A stretch of 64,000 nucleotides of DNA, from the NCBI GenBank assembly GCA_020137815.1, contig CM035358.1, forward strand, positions 4,092,001 to 4,156,000, read 5' to 3'. Origin of the DNA: Hormiphora californensis (Eukaryota > Animalia > Ctenophora). How positions within the stretch are numbered: position 1 is the first letter of the stretch; every line of letters begins with the position of its first letter. Made by a program: the position numbers and the translations under genes. Under the pieces are notes generated by a model. That model did no database searches. It had not been told where the DNA came from and saw only the letters and a list, made by a program, of their open reading frames with translations. Shown here one piece after another: positions 57,201 through 64,000 of this stretch.

Positions 57201-60200
57201 TCTACCCTGCATGGACCCGGACATAACTTTTAGTATAGAATTCTTATTGGATGAGTGACCCGTTTTGATGTATACTGGTTCATCCTAGATAAATGTCATT
57301 TATACTTACACTCAATAGAAAATTCGAAATCCGCTCCTTTCAAGACTTCAAAGACATCCTTTTTCCGTCCCTTTCTCGCCCCAGGGACAAACAGTTCACA
57401 TTTTGTAGGTCCTCTTTTCAATGTCACTGTGGTTCTATTGGTTCCAAGGGTGCGGTTTGTTATCGGCCACTGAAACTCCAGCTCCACTTGTTGAGTGTAG
57501 TTCTCGGATAATGGCACCTGGAGAAAAATTTTCGAAAATTTTGGAAAATCCTATTCCTACACACCCTTCCCATTCTATTCATATTTCCCCCAACCCCATT
57601 CCATCTATTTTGCCTTTATCATCCTTTCCAACGGATCCTATCATCCTTTTTAACCATATTGATGCCTGAGTGAGATCGATCTCACATAGCGATCTCACAT
57701 AGCGATCTCACATAGCGAGAATAGGTTGCAACGGATCCTATCATCCTTTCAGACGTACCCTATCCCCAAAGTTGGATATCCTGTGTACAAAAGTTTCCAC
57801 TGGTGTACCACCTCCTAGCTCAGAACCAGCTCCTTCAGACATGACTTGGACACGAGGTAACGGGTAACCTGAAACAACAAAAACTGTTACTTAATTGCTA
57901 ATACTCAGTTGATTAATTAATTAATTAAGTTAATAACGTACGCTGGTCGATAGCTTTTATACACTATAAATCAATAAATCAAGTTCTAGGACAACAAACC
58001 AACACAGTCTGCTGCAGGAGCACTTTTCAAGGGTTCCATGAGGGGGCGGGTGGAGGGGTGGGTGGAGGAGTGGGGTGGAGGTGGTTGGTGCAGGGGGTGG
58101 GTGGAGGTGGTGGGGTATTTGACCTGCGTTGTTTTGTTCAAACCCTATATTGTGAGACAGGGTCGAGCAAGGCAAATACCTGTGCATGTTGCAGTTAAGG
58201 TCACCTCTCCACCATGATCAATTAACACACTCTCATTCCCCTGCACTGGGATACCGTCAGCTGACACTATACAGTTGCCAATGTCGTAGTTATACGCCCA
58301 GCTTGATAGTGTCTTTGTATCTGTAAAGTAAGTCATAAATCTTACTATTACAGTCGGACCCCGATTTAGTGGCCCCCGATTTAGTGGCACCCCGATTTAG
58401 TGGCAGGATAATCTTCCCCCGATATAGGAAATTAACAGTTTTTGACCCCCGATTTAGTGGACACCCCGGTTTAGTGGACAAACCCCTTTCCCCCGAGGGT
58501 GCCACTAAATCGGGGTCCGACTGTAATTTGACTTCACTGACACAAATCACTGGAATTCAGCTTCTTTACCGATACAATATTCTTGCTTTGGAGTATCCTA
58601 GTAGACATTTACAATGTTTACACCTAAACCTAAATGCCTTTCATCGCCCAGAATATAGGACACATTCCAGAAAACAAGATATTTCAACAACATATAGGTT
58701 TAGCTCACACTTAAATGATGCAAAGCCTAAATATTGCAAGTGTGTAAAAACTAAAAAGTTTTAATTTGGCGTAGACATTCCTTTCCGTGCAAGGAAAGGA
58801 GTTCGTTTGTCGTTCAAACATGGTACATTTAAACTAAAGTTACATAACTTACCACCATCCTCCACCCAGGTAAAATTGCAAGTGTACTTTCCCAGTTCTC
58901 CCGCTTGGATTGTCAGAAAGTATCCGTTACTCGAAAGATACCATGTAAAACTCTTAGATTTCAACACAGCTGTCTCTCCATTCTCATTCTCCAACGTCCA
59001 ACTTGCGTTTAGCTGAAAAGAAATTGAAAATTTCTTGAGAGAAATTTCAGCAGGAATAGTAAGAATATATTTTGTCATCTGTCAGGCAGGAAGATATGCA
59101 AAGTAATTATGAAAGTTACGGTGTGGTAATTATGTTGCACTTTTGTACGACATAATACAGTTGACATCCAGAATATCAGCAACAACAAGAAGCATACTAC
59201 ATATATCGACTATCGTAATTCGTAACTAATGTCTGGAGCTTCCAAAGGTTGGAGGTAACTGTGAAGTACATACACTCAATCTCTCAGTTTGTTATATTTT
59301 AACCCTGATCCTTTACAAAAACCAGCCGTCGCGGCTGAGTGTGATGTGATCTAGAGATTCAAGCAAGGCAAATCCGATTGTTACTAACCTGGACAGCTGC
59401 AGGGTCTCCAGAAATGGTGATACCACAGAAAAACGTCTGAAACTGATCCCCCACTCCGATATGTAGCGGGTACCCTCGTAAGTGCGGTTTCCACTGATCT
59501 AAAAAATTAAACTTCTTTAAAAAGAGTAGTCAGCTAGGTTTGTTGAGTATGAGGTGGGATCGAGCCCATAAGACACTGGCTGCGAAAGACAGTAGGAAAC
59601 CCGTGGCCTGTATAAAAAAATACGAAATATTATACAACTCACAAACCACCGTATTTTCATTTTGACCCTGTTGACCCAGCCGCGGAAGGAGATACCATCT
59701 CTATTGACTATACAACTCACAGTTAGTGCAGATGAATGGCTTAAGAATGGTCGGACTATTCCTTGTCAGATAATATGACCCATTCTCAGCGGGGTGGATG
59801 GAGTATCGGGATGTCTTGTCCCCTGTAAAACAACTGACTGGTTCAGTGTCTGAACATTCACCAGTAGTTGAGTCATAGAACGGGGCCCGGGCTGGGAGAA
59901 GTTATAAAACTGGTAATGGGAATATATTGGAAAGCTTGACTATCAATTTGAAGCTAAGGTCATTATTGTTCTGTGGTTTAAACCAAGAAAAGAGACACTT
60001 TAAGGCACATATACCTGGCGAATGGGGGCTGTGGTACCCCTGCACCCACGTATCGGCTCCACACAAGTGATGTTGGACCAATACCCAATTCCATGTGTAC
60101 TGCACACAATGCAGCCTCATACCTGTTAATAACAGGCTGTTATACACATATATGTGGAAAACTTGTTAGAATTCATACTTCATAGTGATGATAAAACATG

Positions 60201-60543
60201 GGAGCTGAGAGCTGTGATTGTTTGATGAAAGTCTGAAGTAGTAAAGTTTGTGGCAAATACAGCTGGCGTAGATGAGGAAAAAAGCACATAAATTCCCATA
60301 ATGATTATGACTATCTGATTCACAAATACCTTTCCGTGTGCATGTTGATTCTGCATTTGAAAAAGTTGTGAGTTCTGGATTGTAGGAAATGTCAGTCCTA
60401 GTTGGTGTCAACGGTTTGGTACAGAGTCCATCGTTACCATAGCAACAACCAGCTTTTTCACAATCCTCCCTTGACAACCCCTCCGTTCGGCCACACGTGT
60501 CGACTACCCCTCCCGCTATTAAATCACACCCGTCTCTGACAAC
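48223..60543 (-). CDS. Large type-I membrane protein: trefoil-like, several Ig, FN3 repeats, two kringles, TM and short tail; 5' end beyond the right edge
   Basis: Exons encode TCGRTEGLSREDCEKAGCCY (trefoil), LNASW..YFLTI..GKYTC and RLLCKAVG..AYWTLN (Ig), GLEAETEYG and LDPPSNL (FN3), CFQGNGESYQGSVNKTTSGKPCVSW..NQCRNPNGEKEGPWCF and CRNWPSSGSTEPWC (kringles), and GILLLATAVFWGFLL (TM) with stop at 48223. Confidence 0.8.
50740..51303. mobile_element. Inverted-repeat (MITE-like) element in an intron
   Basis: Arms 50740-50940 and 51105-51303 are inverted copies. Confidence 0.75.
52928..53142. mobile_element. MITE, inverted copy of 13681-13893
   Basis: TIR GGTAAGCGGACTCTAGTGCTAA; 9-bp TSD GTTTTAGAT (52919-52927 and 53143-53151). 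Confidence 0.9.
53669..54568 (+). CDS. Intronless rhodopsin-class (class A) GPCR nested antisense in an intron
   Basis: GNTLVI (TM1), NLAVADL (TM2), TM3 Cys, HRM at the DRY position, W in TM4, P in TM5, FLASW in TM6, NPILY and helix-8 F. Confidence 0.92.
   Translation: MNLRWYAIVFFTITTLFGLSGNTLVIYSSVRYNAINLDEVSVMFVRNLAVADLIYTIVGILPPCISSITDSNPFGMEVCEAFYFCKHIFGMISLWTITSITIHRMILILAPFRSIITPRLALGLLGILWFLSSGLISTLVIVGPRSNLVFEPIERDCRKKFKKDSQQGTAELCIIVFVVFIPLITTSVCNAFLLGVAVQKRLTPQSGFNYKALTTVVTLTSVFLASWSLYLVCTIRNLVSGIMESAEYALAESSLICLGVVANPILYTMTNRRFYLYVRSLVYKRVEESEERSRLISHS
54775..54827. repeat. Perfect palindrome: 26-bp arms, 1-nt loop
   Basis: AGTCAGAGAATTTGTTATGTTGTAGT-A-ACTACAACATAACAAATTCTCTGACT. 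Confidence 0.95.
55493..56653. repeat. Minisatellite of 54/52/49-bp units (about 21 copies) built from an exon end plus its 5' splice site
   Basis: Minus-strand unit contains GACCAGATCATGAT|GTAAGTAGG, matching the exon end GACCAGATCTCGAT|GTAAGTAGG at about 56640. Confidence 0.92.
57650..57740 (+). mobile_element. 91-bp short insertion element, same family as 10694-10780
   Basis: Shares ATTGATGCCTGAGTGAGATCGA and GCGAGAATAGG..GGATCC; 9-bp TSD TCATCCTTT (57641-57649 and 57741-57749). Confidence 0.8.
58351..58523. mobile_element. Tc1/mariner-type MITE
   Basis: TA-CAGTCGGACCCCGATTTAGTGG...CCACTAAATCGGGGTCCGACTG-TA. Confidence 0.88.
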
Positions 60544-60654
60544 TGAAATTTAACGTCTTTACAGGATTGGACCTGACCATTTTGAAATGTTTTGAGCTAT
60601 TTGGTCTCCGACTAAACCCGCTTCTATTACCCATAAGCTGATGGGTATGTGGAC

Positions 60655-63600
60655 ACAGTATACCTTGTATTGTGTCGGATGTGGACACGGTATACCTTGT
60701 ATCGTGTCGGATGTGACGGTATACCTTGTATTGTGTCGGATGTGACGGTATACCTTGTATCGTGTCGGATGTGACGGTATACCTTGTATTGTGTCGGATG
60801 TGACGGTATACCTTGTATTGTGTCGGATGTGACGGTATACCTTGTATCGTGTCGGATGTGACGGTATACCTTGTATTGTGTCGGATGTGATGGTATACCT
60901 TGTATTGTGTCGGATTTGACGGTATACCTTGTATCGTGTCGGATGTGACGGTATACCTTGTATTGTGTCGGATGTGATGGTATACCTTGTATCGTGTCGG
61001 ATGTGATGGTATACCTTGTATTGTGTCGGATGTGACGGTATACCTTGTATTGTGTCGGATGTGATGGTATACCTTGTATTGTGTCGGATGTGACGGTATA
61101 CCTTGTATCGTGTCGGATGTGACGGTATACCTTGTATTGTGTCGGATGTGACGGTATACCTTGTATTGTGTCGGATGTGATGGTATACCTTGTATTGTGT
61201 CGGATGTGACGGTATACCTTGTATTGTGTCGGATGTGACGGTATACCTTGTATCGTGTCGGATGTGATGGTATACCTTGTATTGTGTCGGATGTGACGGT
61301 ATACCTTGTATTGTGTCGGATGTGACGGTATACCTTGTATTGTGTCGGATGTGACGGTATACCTTGTATTGTGTCGGATGTGATGGTATACCTTGTATTG
61401 TGTCGGATGTGACGGTATGCCTTGTATTGTGTCGGATGTGACGGTATACCTTGTATCGTGTCGGATGTGACGGTATACCTTGTATCGTGTCGGATGTGAT
61501 GGTATACCTTGTATCGTGTCGGATGTGACGGTATACCTTGTATCGTGTCGGATGTGACGGTATACCTTGTATCGTGTCGGATGTGACGGTATACCTTGTA
61601 TTCGTGTCGGATGTGACGGTATACCTTGTATCGTGTCGGATGTGACGGTATACCTTGTATTGTGTCGGATGTGACGGTATACCTTGTATTGTGTCGGATG
61701 TGACGGTATACCTTGTATCGTGTCGGATGTGACGGTATACCTTGTATTGTGTCGGATGTGACGGTATACCTTGTATTCGTGTCGGATGTGACGGTATACC
61801 TTGTATCGTGTCGGATGTGACGGTATACCTTGTATCGTGTCGGATGTGACGGTATACCTTGTATTGTGTCGGATGTGACGGTATACCTTGTATCGTGTCG
61901 GATGTGACGGTATACCTTGTATTGTGTCGGATGTGACGGTATACCTTGTATTGTGTCGGATGTGACGGTATACCTTGTATTGTGTCGGATGTGACGGTAT
62001 ACCTTGTATCGTGTCGGATGTGATGGTATACCTTGTATCGTGTCGGATGTGACGGTATACCTTGTATTGTGTCGGATGTGACGGTATACCTTGTATTGTG
62101 TCGGATGTGACGGTATACCTTGTATCGTGTCGGATGTGACGGTATACCTTGTATCGTGTCGGATGTGACGGTATACCTTGTATTCGTGTCGGATGTGACG
62201 GTATACCTTGTATCGTGTCGGATGTGACGGTATACCTTGTATTGTGTCGGATGTGACGGTATACCTTGTATTGTGTCGGATGTGACGGTATACCTTGTAT
62301 TGTGTCGGATGTGACGGTATACCTTGTATCGTGTCGGATGTGACGGTATACCTTGTATCGTGTCGGATGTGACGGTATACCTTGTATTCGTGTCGGATGT
62401 GATGGTATACCTTGTATTGTGTCGGATGTGACGGTATACCTTGTATTGTGTCGGATGTGACGGTATACCTTGTATTGTGTCGGATGTGACGGTATACCTT
62501 GTATCGTGTCGGATGTGGATGGTATACCTTGTATTGTGTCGGATGTGACGGTATACCTTGTATCGTGTCGGATGTGACGGTATACCTTGTATCGTGTCGG
62601 ATGTGACGGTATACCTTGTATTGTGTCGGATGTGACGGTATACCTTGTATTGTGTCGGATGTGACGGTATACCTTGTATCGTGTCGGATGTGACGGTATA
62701 CCTTGTATTGTGTCGGATGTGACGGTATACCTTGTATTGTGTCGGATGTGACGGTATACCTTGTATTGTGTCGGATGTGACGGTATACCTTGTATCGTGT
62801 CGGATGTGACGGTATACCTTGTATTGTGTCGGATGTGACGGTATACCTTGTATCGTGTCGGATGTGACGGTATACCTTGTATCGTGTCGGATGTGACGGT
62901 ATACCTTGTATCGTGTCGGATGTGACGGTATACCTTGTATTGTGTCGGATGTGACGGTATACCTTGTATTGTGTCGGATGTGACGGTATACCTTGTATTG
63001 TGTCGGATGTGACGGTATACCTTGTATTGTGTCGGATGTGACGGTATACCTTGTATCGTGTCGGATGTGACGGTATACCTTGTATCGTGTCGGATGTGAC
63101 GGTATACCTTGTATCGTGTCGGATGTGACGGTATACCTTGTATTGTGTCGGATGTGACGGTATACCTTGTATCGTGTCGGATGTGACGGTATACCTTGTA
63201 TTGTGTCGGATGTGACGGTATACCTTGTATCGTGTCGGATGTGACGGTATACCTTGTATCGTGTCGGATGTGACGGTATACCTTGTATTGTGTCGGATGT
63301 GACGGTATACCTTGTATTGTGTCGGATGTGACGGTATACCTTGTATCGTGTCGGATGTGACGGTATACCTTGTATTGTGTCGGATGTGACGGTATACCTT
63401 GTATCGTGTCGGATGTGACGGTATACCTTGTATCGTGTCGGATGTGACGGTATACCTTGTATTGTGTCGGATGTGACGGTATACCTTGTATCGTGTCGGA
63501 TGTGACGGTATACCTTGTATTGTGTCGGATGTGACGGTATACCTTGTATCGTGTCGGATGTGACGGTATACCTTGTATCGTGTCGGATGTGACGGTATAC

Positions 63601-64000
63601 CTTGTATTGTGTCGGATGTGACGGTATACCTTGTATTGTGTCGGATGTGACGGTATACCTTGTATCGTGTCGGATGTGACGGTATACCTTGTATTCGTGT
63701 CGGATGTGACGGTATACCTTGTATTGTGTCGGATGTGACGGTATACCTTGTATCGTGTCGGATGTGACGGTATACCTTGTATCGTGTCGGATGTGACGGT
63801 ATACCTTGTATCGTGTCGGATGTGACTGGTATACCTTGTATTGTGTCGGATGTGACGGTATACCTTGTATTGTGTCGGATGTGACGGTATACCTTGTATT
63901 GTGTCGGATGTGACGGTATACCTTGTATTGTGTCGGATGTGACGGTATACCTTGTATTGTGTCGGATGTGACGGTATACCTTGTATTGTGTCGGATGTGA
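60655..64000. repeat. 29-bp satellite, more than 110 copies, runs off the right edge
   Basis: GACGGTATACCTTGTA(T/C variant)GTGTCGGATGT with period 29. Confidence 0.97.

Noticed and set aside
55493-64000. CRISPR-like arrays
   Set aside because: Units are head-to-tail with no unique spacers, the context is eukaryotic and there are no cas genes.

Overview
Intron-rich, repeat-rich eukaryotic (animal) DNA. A ctenophore is my inference from gene content and intron style; it is not proven. Host genes from left to right: (1) an AGO-clade Argonaute (minus strand, runs off the left edge); (2) the C-terminal part of an RNF213/mysterin-like E3 ligase with an intact RZ finger (minus), with one exon interrupted by an 87-bp insertion; (3) the N-terminal half of an adhesion-GPCR-like protein (minus, indel-ridden); (4) a DEG/ENaC channel in which both the HG and GAS motifs are substituted (minus), hosting an intronless antisense MFS-like transporter; (5) a large trefoil/Ig/FN3/kringle single-pass membrane protein (minus, runs off the right edge), hosting an intronless antisense rhodopsin-class GPCR. 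Introns carry nested MITEs with clear 8-10-bp TSDs, several LINE fragments and minisatellites seeded on splice donors. The most novel object is a near full-length CR1/L2-type LINE (about 29.4-34.8 kb, minus). Its ORF1 fuses an AlkB-type 2OG-Fe(II) dioxygenase to an SGNH esterase, and its ORF2 starts with a hydrophobic leader and a 2A-like NPGP before the APE endonuclease and RT. Exon models were read by eye. Region 22-34 kb has many indels that may be sequencing errors.
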